A stretch of DNA of 64,000 nucleotides, taken from IMG/VR virus record IMGVR_UViG_3300037502_003770, positions 124,001-188,000 of that record, one strand, 5' to 3'. The translations under genes and the position numbers were made by a program. The notes beneath the pieces were generated by a model, which did not search any database, was not told the DNA's origin, and saw only the letters and a program-made list of their open reading frames with translations. The number at the start of each line of letters is the position of its first letter. The first letter of the stretch is position 1. Shown one piece after another: positions 1 through 8,903 of the stretch.

Positions 1-2
1 TA

Positions 3-116
3 TATATTGCAGATGATTTTGAAACATATAATCATGGCAGCCTTTTATATTTTGAATCTAATGGTTTAAAATATTATACCAATCAAAAATTTTTAATTAC
101 TAAAAAAAGAAAATAA
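3..116 (+). CDS. 3' end of hypothetical protein (partial)
   Basis: Open frame YIADDFETYNHG...KKRK* runs in from the window edge and stops just before ORF 119. Confidence 0.6.
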   Translation, partial: YIADDFETYNHGSLLYFESNGLKYYTNQKFLITKKRK

Positions 117-118
117 TA

Positions 119-433
119 ATGAAATACATTTGTTCAGAAACAACTACAGTTTTAGAAAGTCTTCCTTTAATAAAAACAAGGCTTCATATTAATAATGAAA
201 ATGTTGAACATATTTGGATTAAATATGATAAGGCAACAAATAAAATGTGGTTACAAAATAACGCTATTAATTTATATCCTTTTCATAGTTGGGGAATGGA
301 GTTAGATTATTCTTCAAGTTTTGATTTAAACGATACTTTAAATCAAACAGAAATTAAAATTCATCCTGAAACTTTTAAATCAATGATTGTTAAAAATATT
401 ATTGATAATGAAGGAAATCTTATTAAAGAATAA
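119..433 (+). CDS. hypothetical protein
   Basis: 104 aa ORF followed by a terminator. Confidence 0.75.
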   Translation: MKYICSETTTVLESLPLIKTRLHINNENVEHIWIKYDKATNKMWLQNNAINLYPFHSWGMELDYSSSFDLNDTLNQTEIKIHPETFKSMIVKNIIDNEGNLIKE

Positions 434-449
434 AATGATTAAACCCTTT

Positions 450-480
450 AAAACTTATTTCTTTTAGAAATAAGTTTTTT
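450..480 (+). terminator. intrinsic terminator
   Basis: AAAACTTATTTC-tttta-GAAATAAGTTTT followed by a T-run. Confidence 0.75.
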
Positions 481-850
481 CTTTTATATAACACCTTTCC
501 GTTTATAGGTAGGAAACCTAACTAAGTCCGTTTAAGTGGTTGGAGGCTTTGAGGTAGTCCGAAAAAAAGTTCACTTTTTTCAGGTTTTTGAATAGATTAT
601 TCAATTTTGAAATTTTGAGTATATGAATCTAAGGTAAGGATAGTTTCATATAGAGGCTAGATTTTGGCTACATTATGTTAAGTAGAGGGTTAAAAAACCT
701 TAAAAACAGGCTCTTTCTTTAAAAGATTAAAAATTTCTTAAAGAAAGAGGGTTTTTATTAACAAAATAGTAGTAGCAAAGGTAGTATCTATATCAATGAA
801 ACAACGGTAGTACGGAGTTTTTCAGAGAGTAAAAAAAGTTTAAAAAAAGC

Positions 851-972
851 TTGCATACCTCAAAACGATTAACTACCTTTGTAATGTTGAAACAACAAAC
901 GGCAGACGGTCTGAAATAGCGAAAAAAATTAATAAAAAAACTTGCATACCTCAAAAACAATCACTACCTTTG
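851..972 (+). promoter_or_regulatory. two tandem Bacteroidota-type housekeeping promoters
   Basis: TTGCATACCTCAAAA...TACCTTTG at 851-881 and 942-972; matches the -33 TTG / -7 TAnnTTTG consensus. Confidence 0.8.
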
Positions 973-1079
973 TATGGTAGTAATCAAAGTAAGCAAAGCT
1001 TAACCATTAATAATAATAAAGCTATTCTTATTGAAAGCTACAAACAGTATTAACCTTTATAACATTTTAAACAAGTCTT

Positions 1080-2612
1080 ATGGGACAAAACACAAACAAC
1101 ACAGTAGCAAAAGCTACAAGTAATGCAGATGAAACTATTGCTGCATTTCAAAATGAATCAACACCTACTCAAGAAGTAGAAACTACCGAAACTCAAGAGG
1201 TAGAGGAAACTGAAACCAACAGGGATGAGGTTTTAAATGAATTAAAATCTAAGGCAGTTTCTATGCAATCGCACTTAGGTATCAATGCAGAAGAGCAAGA
1301 AATTGTTTCTAACATCATTAACGAAGCTTTCCCTGACCCAACTCAATATGGTTTAAAACAATACCAAGGTGGTAGCGAAGCAGCCAAAAAAGGTGATAAA
1401 GTTGGTTCAATCGCTCTTAGAATGTTAAAAACCACAGGTGAAAATCCTAGGTTTGGTACAAAAGATGCTTATGATGTTGAAACGTTGGCAGAACAAATTT
1501 TAACAATGAAAAGGTTAACCTCACCTATTCATGTTATTGAAAACAATCCAGAAATCACTGGGATTCAAAATCCTGGTTCAAAAGCAATTTATTATATTGT
1601 ACTAGATGGTCACCGCAGAATTAGTGCAATAGAATTATTATTAGCACAAGGTAAAATTGATGCTACTAGTAGTTTAGTAATGAATGTTCCAATTGTTAAA
1701 GTTCCGTTATCGTGGACTAAAGAAAATTGGAGAGAGCGTGTAACTGAATATATGTTAAAACAAAGTGGTTCAGTAAAACCTTTACATTTTGTAGAATTTA
1801 CTAACGCTCTTTTAAAGGTCACAAGATTAGCCAATAAAACAGCTGGCGAATGGTCTAAAACTTTATTAGTACCTATTACCAAAATGAAACAATACTTAGA
1901 TTTAGTTAAGTTTGTTGATTTTACTGGCGATTCTCAAGAAGAAGCACTAGAAATTGAAAAAACTAGAAGTGCATTATTCTTAATCATTCAAGAAAAAGAA
2001 TATACTTTAACTGATGTTTTAAATAAATTAAAAGAATTTAAAACATCTTTCACAAAGGAGAATAACATTGCTCCTGATTTAAATGATATTCTTATCTTCT
2101 TATCTGAAGCAAAAGTATCAAAAAGAGGTCGTATTTCTGAAAAGAATATGACTGAGGCAGAAAAAGAGCAATTTGAAAAAGACCGTTTGGCTAAGGCTCA
2201 GGCTGAAGCTCAAGAGGCTAATGCAAAAGTGGCAGCTTTAAGTGGCAATGCTTCTCAAGCTTCACAAAATTCATTATCAGAAAGTACAAACTCTACTTCT
2301 GAAAATGAAGGTAGTGCTGAAAGTGATGTTGCTCTAACTATGGAACAAAAACATAATAGAGCGAAAATTGAAGGTCGTATGGCATTATTTAGTGAAAATG
2401 CACCTACAATTTTAAACGAGAAATTAAGTCAAAACTTAATTACTCAAGAACAATATGACGCTGCAATTGTTGCACTTAATGTTGTTTCTAATTTGAATAT
2501 ATTAGTAACAACTGTCCTTACAAAAGGTAAGACTTTTGAAGAACAAGTTTTAGATGTTTTAGGAATTACTTTGCCAGTTCAAAGTGATACTGAAAACCCT
2601 GATACTATCTAA
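1080..2612 (+). CDS. ParB/Srx N-terminal (CTPase-like) domain protein with acidic low-complexity ends
   Basis: ENPR, LAEQI...LTSPIHV, YIVLDGHRRISA (ParB GxxR box). Confidence 0.75.
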   Translation: MGQNTNNTVAKATSNADETIAAFQNESTPTQEVETTETQEVEETETNRDEVLNELKSKAVSMQSHLGINAEEQEIVSNIINEAFPDPTQYGLKQYQGGSEAAKKGDKVGSIALRMLKTTGENPRFGTKDAYDVETLAEQILTMKRLTSPIHVIENNPEITGIQNPGSKAIYYIVLDGHRRISAIELLLAQGKIDATSSLVMNVPIVKVPLSWTKENWRERVTEYMLKQSGSVKPLHFVEFTNALLKVTRLANKTAGEWSKTLLVPITKMKQYLDLVKFVDFTGDSQEEALEIEKTRSALFLIIQEKEYTLTDVLNKLKEFKTSFTKENNIAPDLNDILIFLSEAKVSKRGRISEKNMTEAEKEQFEKDRLAKAQAEAQEANAKVAALSGNASQASQNSLSESTNSTSENEGSAESDVALTMEQKHNRAKIEGRMALFSENAPTILNEKLSQNLITQEQYDAAIVALNVVSNLNILVTTVLTKGKTFEEQVLDVLGITLPVQSDTENPDTI

Positions 2613-2624
2613 TATAATTAAATT

Positions 2625-2667
2625 TACCTTGCTAAGTATTTAATTATATTTAGCAAGGTATTTTTTC
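2625..2667 (+). terminator. intrinsic terminator
   Basis: TACCTTGCTAA...TTAGCAAGGTA followed by a T-run. Confidence 0.75.
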
Positions 2668-2688
2668 TTTAAGAAAGGAATAGTTATA

Positions 2689-2889
2689 ATGGCAGCAAAA
2701 AAAATATGTAAACCAATTTTTCATGGTTGGTTTATCAATAGTACTGATGGTACTTTAGAGGTAGTTAAAGTTAGAAGTAATAATTTATCTAACGCTAGAA
2801 TTCTAGCTATAAATAAATTTGAAAATCTCTTTAAATTTGAATCATCTGATTTTTATTTATCTAATGTAGTTCAGGCTACTTTAGGTTAA
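2689..2889 (+). CDS. hypothetical protein
   Basis: 66 aa ORF between two terminators. Confidence 0.65.
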   Translation: MAAKKICKPIFHGWFINSTDGTLEVVKVRSNNLSNARILAINKFENLFKFESSDFYLSNVVQATLG

Positions 2890-2967
2890 CCCTTACCAAT
2901 ATTAAGCCTATATTAAGTTATAGGTTTTTTTTCTTAACATAAAGATAACATTGCAGGTATTGATTTA

Positions 2968-2999
2968 TTAACAAAAAACCCTTATCTTTGTAGTATAAA
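2968..2999 (+). promoter_or_regulatory. composite promoter (host-type TATCTTTG overlapping class II TTAACA-N17-TAGTATAA)
   Basis: TTAACAAAAAACCCTTATCTTTGTAGTATAAA. Confidence 0.6.
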
Positions 3000-3019
3000 T
3001 ACCTTAAATCAGTTAAACG

Positions 3020-4267
3020 ATGTTAACACAGACCCAATTTGAAGAGCAGTTCAGAAATTTAGTAGCTATCATAGATATAGCAAAAACTAAGTTTCCATCA
3101 TATATTAATAATCCTTTCAAATTAAATATAATTGATGGTTTATTAAGTTTATCTTTTTATAAAATTTCTTTTTCAAAAGAAAAGACAATCACCAAATTTT
3201 CTCAAAAGATAAATAAAACTTTAACAAAAAAAGTTGTTGAAGATACTATTGATGTTATAAAAACTGTTCCTATAAATAGTTTTATTCTTTCAGAAGAATT
3301 TCTTTCTTATTTAGATAATAATCTTTTAATAAAGACTTCTGAAAAAAGTAATAAACTTTACTTTTTTAAATCATTAAATGAAGTAAAGCTTAATGATATT
3401 GATTTTACTTTTGATGGTAAAATTCTTAAAAAGAATAAGACTGGCAGTCTTTCAGAAAGAAACAGAAAACTATTTCTTTTAAATTATTTTTATGCTACAT
3501 CGAGCAATAAAACAATAAATAAAAAATATCTTCTTTCAAAGACAGATATTTCTCATATTGAAAATATTGCTTACAGGAAGTATTTTAAAAACAGAAGTAA
3601 AATTGAAATAGAAGATTTTATTTCTGATACTCAAGTAAGAGTATTTCAATATATTTGTTATTTTGATATAACAAAAGCCAATTTTAAAGCTTTCTTTATT
3701 TTTGTAATGAAAAATATTATTAACAGTAATAATGTTAATGATTATAAGAAAGGGAACTTTAGGCAAGTTTCAATTGAAATAGAAAATGAACAAGGCGATT
3801 TTTCACAAAATACAGCTTTAAATTCTTTATCAAGTGAAACTTTTAATTCTGATTTTGATAGGAATTTTAGTAATTCTTCTCAAAAGAATAAAAGGATGTT
3901 TGATTTAATAATAAATTTACCTTTAAGTAACCAAAGTAGAATTATTCTTAGGTCAATATATAACGTAGCTTTAATTGGTAATACTTCTATTCAACAAGAA
4001 GATAAAAGGAAAAAAAATCAGTTCAAAATATCCGTAATGGATGAGTTAAGAAAAACATTTAGAAAAGATATTAGCGATGATTCATATCGTGTATATCTTA
4101 CTAATATGAATAAATATCTTAAACAAATAGGTATTATTGAACCTGATAAGGAAACCCAACATATTCTAAATGAATATAAAAATGGTGAACTTGATATTAA
4201 GATTGCTTATGAATATATGGAGAACAAAATCAAAAACAGTCTTATTTCAGAACCTTGCATTTCTTAA
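3020..4267 (+). CDS. phage sigma70-like RNA polymerase sigma factor
   Basis: Region-2-like HIENIAYRKY..IEDFISDTQVRVFQYICYFDITKANFKAFFIFVMKNII; region-4-like LPLSNQSRIILRSIY...ISDDSYRVYLTNMNKYLK. Confidence 0.65.
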   Translation: MLTQTQFEEQFRNLVAIIDIAKTKFPSYINNPFKLNIIDGLLSLSFYKISFSKEKTITKFSQKINKTLTKKVVEDTIDVIKTVPINSFILSEEFLSYLDNNLLIKTSEKSNKLYFFKSLNEVKLNDIDFTFDGKILKKNKTGSLSERNRKLFLLNYFYATSSNKTINKKYLLSKTDISHIENIAYRKYFKNRSKIEIEDFISDTQVRVFQYICYFDITKANFKAFFIFVMKNIINSNNVNDYKKGNFRQVSIEIENEQGDFSQNTALNSLSSETFNSDFDRNFSNSSQKNKRMFDLIINLPLSNQSRIILRSIYNVALIGNTSIQQEDKRKKNQFKISVMDELRKTFRKDISDDSYRVYLTNMNKYLKQIGIIEPDKETQHILNEYKNGELDIKIAYEYMENKIKNSLISEPCIS

Positions 4268-4340
4268 CAATAAGATAATATTCAAGGCTTGCGAGTAACA
4301 GTAATAACCATTATCTTTGTAAACATTTTAATCTTTATAT

Positions 4341-4733
4341 ATGGAGCGTTATAGTTTCACAATTTCAAAATTTTCTGTAATTGTACAGAAATTAGTTAAT
4401 CCAAAATCTGTATTATTATGCAGGGAAGAGAAATCTTCTGATAGTAATGCAGTAAATTTCATAACAGCATTAATTGATGTTTGTTATGACGAAATAAAAG
4501 ATTTTTTAGAAAATAATAATGACCTTTTCTTAAAAGACTTATTTCTATTAGAAAATAATATTCTTTCTTGCAATCAAAGCAAAGTAAAAGAATTATTTTC
4601 AGTAGATAGTAACGATATTTTAGAGCCGTTTGGTAAAGGAAATATTACTGAGGTTTTAATTAAAAAGCTAGACTTTACTTTAACGATGATAAGTAAAACT
4701 AAATCTTCAGTTGTAATTCTTTTAAACAAATAA
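4341..4733 (+). CDS. hypothetical protein
   Basis: 130 aa ORF after TATCTTTG promoter at 4312. Confidence 0.7.
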   Translation: MERYSFTISKFSVIVQKLVNPKSVLLCREEKSSDSNAVNFITALIDVCYDEIKDFLENNNDLFLKDLFLLENNILSCNQSKVKELFSVDSNDILEPFGKGNITEVLIKKLDFTLTMISKTKSSVVILLNK

Positions 4734-4740
4734 TTTTCTT

Positions 4741-4866
4741 ATGGGAAAATCATATAATTCCAAAATTGAATCTTCTTCTAAAAGAAGTAGTGAGAACTCT
4801 AAAAAAAGAGATGAACAAAGAAAGATTCAAGAAAAAAGACAGTTAAAGAAAATGTTATATCAATAA
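4741..4866 (+). CDS. small basic protein (41 aa, not in ORF track)
   Basis: MGKSYNSKIESSSKRSSENSKKRDEQRKIQEKRQLKKMLYQ*. Confidence 0.5.
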   Translation: MGKSYNSKIESSSKRSSENSKKRDEQRKIQEKRQLKKMLYQ

Positions 4867-5011
4867 TATTCTTTAACAAAAGAACGTGATTTAGGTTACG
4901 GTTTAAGGTTGTATATAAGGAAAAAACCTATTTCTTTTAGAGATAGGTTTTTTATTTTAACAAAAAAGCTTTATTTCTGTAATATAAATAGTTCACTTAA
5001 ACAACTAAATC

Positions 5012-5389
5012 ATGTTAAACTATATCTTACTTTATATTTTCTTTACTTATGGTATTTCTTTTGCATACCATTTCTTATTGTTGATAACTCTTTTCTTTAA
5101 AAAAGATATTTTCCCTAAGATATATAATTTATATTATGGGAGAGAAACTGAAGAATTAAAATTAGAACAGCTAAGTAATAAAAGATATTATAAAAATGAA
5201 CTATTTAGTAGAGGTTATACCACTAAGAATAAAGAACTAACTTGGTTTATTGTAAGTACTTTATTATTTCCTATGTTACCTATAAGTGTTTTTATTATTT
5301 TAATAATACCTACTACTTTAATTTCTTTAATAGAAAAAGAATTTAAAAAATATAGGGATTCAACTAAGAATGGCAGTAACGAAAATTAA
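5012..5389 (+). CDS. membrane protein (2 hydrophobic segments)
   Basis: Hydrophobic N- and C-terminal stretches; class II promoter at 4957. Confidence 0.7.
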   Translation: MLNYILLYIFFTYGISFAYHFLLLITLFFKKDIFPKIYNLYYGRETEELKLEQLSNKRYYKNELFSRGYTTKNKELTWFIVSTLLFPMLPISVFIILIIPTTLISLIEKEFKKYRDSTKNGSNEN

Positions 5390-5395
5390 CAGAAT

Positions 5396-5441
5396 AGTAA
5401 CATTGCAGGTATTGACAAGTTCAAAAATAGTAGTACCTTTG
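5396..5441 (+). promoter_or_regulatory. host-type promoter with upstream TAACATTG box
   Basis: TAACATTGCAGGTATTGACA...TACCTTTG; near-identical copies at 9496 and 18021. Confidence 0.8.
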
Positions 5442-5494
5442 TAATGTAATCAATCACAATCGAGTTCTAAACAACCCTTAACCTTAATCATAGT

Positions 5495-5752
5495 ATGGCA
5501 ACTAAAATAGACAAAAACCTCAATACAGAGAAAGTAGGCACGTTTTTCGTTATGTATGATACAGACGTTAGACAAGCTATTCAGTTCAACCTTGAAGATA
5601 ATAATCTTGTGGAAATTAATAGTGCTGAAGTACAAAACTTTCTAGTAAAAAATATTTCAGAAGCCGAATTAGATGCTCTTTTGGAAAATCTAGTTGATAC
5701 CAAAAAAATCAATTGCTATTGTTATCATGAAGTTCAAGCTAATATGTTATGA
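5495..5752 (+). CDS. hypothetical protein
   Basis: 85 aa ORF directly after the promoter. Confidence 0.75.
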   Translation: MATKIDKNLNTEKVGTFFVMYDTDVRQAIQFNLEDNNLVEINSAEVQNFLVKNISEAELDALLENLVDTKKINCYCYHEVQANML

Positions 5753-5985
5753 GAAAGCCTTTCTTTAACAAATGGTGCTGGTGTTTTAATGATATTTTAA
5801 TTAATAAATATCATAAAACTAATAGTTCTAAAACTCTTGAAATTCAAACTAGGTTACATAAAAATAATTCTAGTGAAATAGTAAAATGTTCAGAAGTTTT
5901 CTTTCGTTATAAAAATGAAAAACCTAATGAACAAGGTCAGGCAATCTTTCGTTTAAAAACGTTAAACCTCAAAAATCTCAAATGA
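5749..5985 (+). CDS. hypothetical protein
   Basis: ATGA overlap with the upstream gene. Confidence 0.65.
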   Translation: MRKPFFNKWCWCFNDILINKYHKTNSSKTLEIQTRLHKNNSSEIVKCSEVFFRYKNEKPNEQGQAIFRLKTLNLKNLK

Positions 5986-6143
5986 AAAATCAAACTCTTT
6001 CAATAATTTGTTTTATTTATATAGTGCTAAATATTAGTATTATATTTATTAAACAAAATGAAGAATCAATTCTATTATTTCTACCTATCTTAGTATCTTT
6101 CTTTCTTGGCGCAAAGAGTCTTTCTTTAAAAAAGAGATATTAA
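5982..6143 (+). CDS. small two-TM membrane protein (53 aa, not in track)
   Basis: MKNQTLSIICFIYIVLNISIIFIKQNEESILLFLPILVSFFLGAKSLSLKKRY*, ATGA overlap. Confidence 0.6.
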   Translation: MKNQTLSIICFIYIVLNISIIFIKQNEESILLFLPILVSFFLGAKSLSLKKRY

Positions 6144-6183
6144 AATAAAAAAAACAGCCTTTCACCCTTAAACACATACCGTA

Positions 6184-6495
6184 ATGGCAGGAGAACCTAG
6201 TATAGTAAATAAAATCAAAGATATTATTTCTCACAAAGAAGCTGAATACTCATTAAGTATTTTAAATGATGTAATAGAAATTATATCAGAAATACTTTCT
6301 ATTACAGGAAAAGATTTTATCTTTATAAATGAAGATAATTTGAAAGATACCTCATTTGGAATGGATAAAGTAACAAGACCAATTAAAGTAAATAAAGATG
6401 TTATTATCTTTAAAAATACTTATCTTGGTGAGTTTACGCTTTTTTTAGATGAGTTACCTTTGCCAGTTTTGATAGAGTTATCAAAAGTGATTTAA
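6184..6495 (+). CDS. hypothetical protein
   Basis: 103 aa; leader CCCTTAAACACATACCG is shared with gene 9579. Confidence 0.7.
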   Translation: MAGEPSIVNKIKDIISHKEAEYSLSILNDVIEIISEILSITGKDFIFINEDNLKDTSFGMDKVTRPIKVNKDVIIFKNTYLGEFTLFLDELPLPVLIELSKVI

Positions 6496-6584
6496 AACTT
6501 TTTGTTTTATTTTGAATATTAAAACCTACTTTCTTTGAAGGTAGGTTTTTTTAACTTTATAAATATTTTTTTGTATTATAAATA

Positions 6585-6905
6585 ATGGAAGGTATTAAAC
6601 TAAAAGTAATTAATGAAATTATTGACTTAATAATATCTTGTAATAGAGGTAAGATTTATCATTTTGATAAATCATTTTTAACATATAATAAAATTAATAA
6701 TATTTATATTGAACATAAAATTATTGCTTTCTTAACAGGTGAAAATATGATTCGTTTTTATGATAATGGTAGTTTAATAGCAAGTGCGATATATTTTAGA
6801 AAATCTAATCAAAATTTAATTATTTATTTAAGTAAATTTACTTTACTTGATTTACAGTATTTAAAATTAATAATGAAACAAGCAAAAAATAGACCTTTTC
6901 AATGA
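6585..6905 (+). CDS. LLDLQ-family paralogue
   Basis: IKLKVINEII ... FTLLDLQYLK. Confidence 0.75.
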   Translation: MEGIKLKVINEIIDLIISCNRGKIYHFDKSFLTYNKINNIYIEHKIIAFLTGENMIRFYDNGSLIASAIYFRKSNQNLIIYLSKFTLLDLQYLKLIMKQAKNRPFQ

Positions 6906-7261
6906 CAGATATTAAAACAAAACAAATAGACATATTCATAAAAAATATTGAACTTTTAAGAAAAAGTCAAGAAAGAAAATATTCCGTAATTACATTTGAA
7001 TTAGATAATATTTATTTTAAATTTAGAGGTGAGAACAGAAAAAATAAGAATATATTAAAGAGAATAACTTACAATTTAAAAACATATAAATATCGAATTA
7101 TATATGGTGATAAAAATTGTATAACAAGTGATTTAATTATAAAAAAAGACTTTTTCTATATATTAGAAAATCTTTCAGTATTAGATTTATTTTATGTAAA
7201 TAACTGTTTAAAACAGGCTTTAATTAAAAAATTTAATTTTTCTTATGAAACCCTTGCTTGA
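6902..7261 (+). CDS. LLDLQ-family paralogue
   Basis: IKTKQIDIFI ... LSVLDLFYVN. Confidence 0.7.
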   Translation: MTDIKTKQIDIFIKNIELLRKSQERKYSVITFELDNIYFKFRGENRKNKNILKRITYNLKTYKYRIIYGDKNCITSDLIIKKDFFYILENLSVLDLFYVNNCLKQALIKKFNFSYETLA

Positions 7262-7298
7262 CCTCCAATACATACATTTAAAATTAACACAAAGTTAA
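7245..7298 (+). CDS. 17 aa motif-only micropeptide or remnant of the LLDLQ family
   Basis: MKPLLDLQYIHLKLTQS*. Confidence 0.4.
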   Translation: MKPLLDLQYIHLKLTQS

Positions 7299-7356
7299 CA
7301 TTGAAAGCTTGACAAAGTGCAAAATTCTTTATACCTTTGTAATAGGTAATTAAACT

Positions 7357-7614
7357 ATGGAAGACTATAAATTTGAGCCGATAATGATAGGAATACATGA
7401 CCGAATGTATCATAATTTGCTTGTTTCTACAATTATCCCTGAAATATATTCTAGTAAATTACCGATATTTATTCCATCGCCACCTGAAAAGATAAAACCT
7501 AATATTCCAAAAATAAAGCTTTCTGATATACTTTACTATCCAAAAATAAGTATAAAAGAACTAGTCTTACCTTACCACAAAACAAGCGAATTTAAAAACT
7601 TCTTTTTAACATAA
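7357..7614 (+). CDS. hypothetical Pro-rich protein
   Basis: Follows host-type promoter 7309-7339. Confidence 0.65.
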   Translation: MEDYKFEPIMIGIHDRMYHNLLVSTIIPEIYSSKLPIFIPSPPEKIKPNIPKIKLSDILYYPKISIKELVLPYHKTSEFKNFFLT

Positions 7615-7657
7615 AGAAGTCTTTTTTTGTAATATAAGTAACTTTTATTTTTAATAT

Positions 7658-7960
7658 ATGATTATGTCTTTAAAAGAAAAGATAATTAATAAAATAATAT
7701 CTTACATAAATAAGGTTGATAATTACATAAGATTAGTTTACTATATACCTGATTATTGTTATGATGAAAATATTTTATTGAGAACAGAAATTTTTATTTC
7801 TTTAATAGATGAATTTAGCTATTATTATAGTTTGTATCGTACTGAAGATAATAGAGAATTTGAAATTACTTTAACATATAAAGAACTTATTTCTTTATTA
7901 AATAAACTTTCTTTGTTGGAACTACAATTTATTTTAATAAAAACAAATGAAAAAAACTAA
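7658..7960 (+). CDS. LLDLQ-family paralogue
   Basis: LKEKIINKII ... LSLLELQFIL. Confidence 0.75.
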   Translation: MIMSLKEKIINKIISYINKVDNYIRLVYYIPDYCYDENILLRTEIFISLIDEFSYYYSLYRTEDNREFEITLTYKELISLLNKLSLLELQFILIKTNEKN

Positions 7961-8249
7961 ATTTTCTTTAAAAAAAGAACTTTCTTTGAAAATATATAAA
8001 TCTCTTTTTTCTCTTTTCGATTGTCAGAAAGATTATGCTATTGAAATTTTAGTTTTTAGTAAATTCTATATAAAAAGAAATAAATTTAATAGTATAGTAC
8101 TTTCTGGTGATAAAAAATTTGGTTTTTCATCTTTTTGTTATTCGTTTGCATATAATGAAAAAAAACAATTTTTAGATTTTATGGTTAAAGAATTTCATTT
8201 ACTTGAATTACAAGTTATATTAAGAACAGTAAAAAAATACGTATGGTGA
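7947..8249 (+). CDS. LLDLQ-family paralogue
   Basis: LKKELSLKI ... FHLLELQVIL. Confidence 0.75.
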   Translation: MKKTKFSLKKELSLKIYKSLFSLFDCQKDYAIEILVFSKFYIKRNKFNSIVLSGDKKFGFSSFCYSFAYNEKKQFLDFMVKEFHLLELQVILRTVKKYVW

Positions 8250-8530
8250 AAAAAACTAAATCTTATCTTAAAAAACAACTTTCTTTGAAAATAATTACTA
8301 TTTTGAATAAATTATTTTTAACAACTTCATTTCCTAAATATGTTGGTTTTAAATCTTTTAAAAATTATATATCTATTACTTACATAAGATTTAATTATTT
8401 AAAAATTGATATTGGTAATAACACAAGATATATGAGTAAAACCGAATTTATTTATACATTTATGACTGAATTTTCTTTAATTGAACTTCAATATATAAAA
8501 AATTATGTTAAAATATATTTTTCTTTTTGA
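8243..8530 (+). CDS. LLDLQ-family paralogue
   Basis: LKKQLSLKI ... FSLIELQYIK. Confidence 0.75.
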   Translation: MVKKTKSYLKKQLSLKIITILNKLFLTTSFPKYVGFKSFKNYISITYIRFNYLKIDIGNNTRYMSKTEFIYTFMTEFSLIELQYIKNYVKIYFSF

Positions 8531-8903
8531 AATAAAAACTTTTCCAATTATAGATTTTAATAAAAGAAATATTGATATTTTAAAAAAATCTCTTACTAAA
8601 GAAATATTATCATCTTTAAAAAAAGGTATTAAATATAAGTTTGCGATTTCTTATGCTTTAATATTTATTTTAGAAGAAAGAATACTCAGGGAATATCCTA
8701 AGTATTTATATGGCTTATTTAATGGTATATACCCTCCATCTCAACCACCAATATTAGATGAACATGGAAAAGAAGAAAAATATTATAATGAAATTAATAC
8801 TTTAGAAACATTTAAAAAAGACTTTTTAATAAATCAATCATTACTTGATTTACAATTTATTTTGAAAATAATTAAACAAACAAATGAAAAACATCTTAAT
8901 TGA
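8505..8903 (+). CDS. LLDLQ-family paralogue
   Basis: LKKSLTKEIL ... QSLLDLQFIL. Confidence 0.75.
   Translation: MLKYIFLFEIKTFPIIDFNKRNIDILKKSLTKEILSSLKKGIKYKFAISYALIFILEERILREYPKYLYGLFNGIYPPSQPPILDEHGKEEKYYNEINTLETFKKDFLINQSLLDLQFILKIIKQTNEKHLN

Noticed and set aside
656-683. Complete dif site
   Set aside because: Only the XerD-like arm matches; the XerC-arm position lacks the ATAA end in all three copies
490-840. tRNA or structured ncRNA in the GC-richer spacer
   Set aside because: No cloverleaf, T-loop or recognisable family; only one AT-rich inverted repeat near 711-750. No tRNA or rRNA was recognised anywhere in the window
4909-5100. ORF 4909-5100
   Set aside because: TTG start, runs through a terminator and promoter, and overlaps 5012-5389
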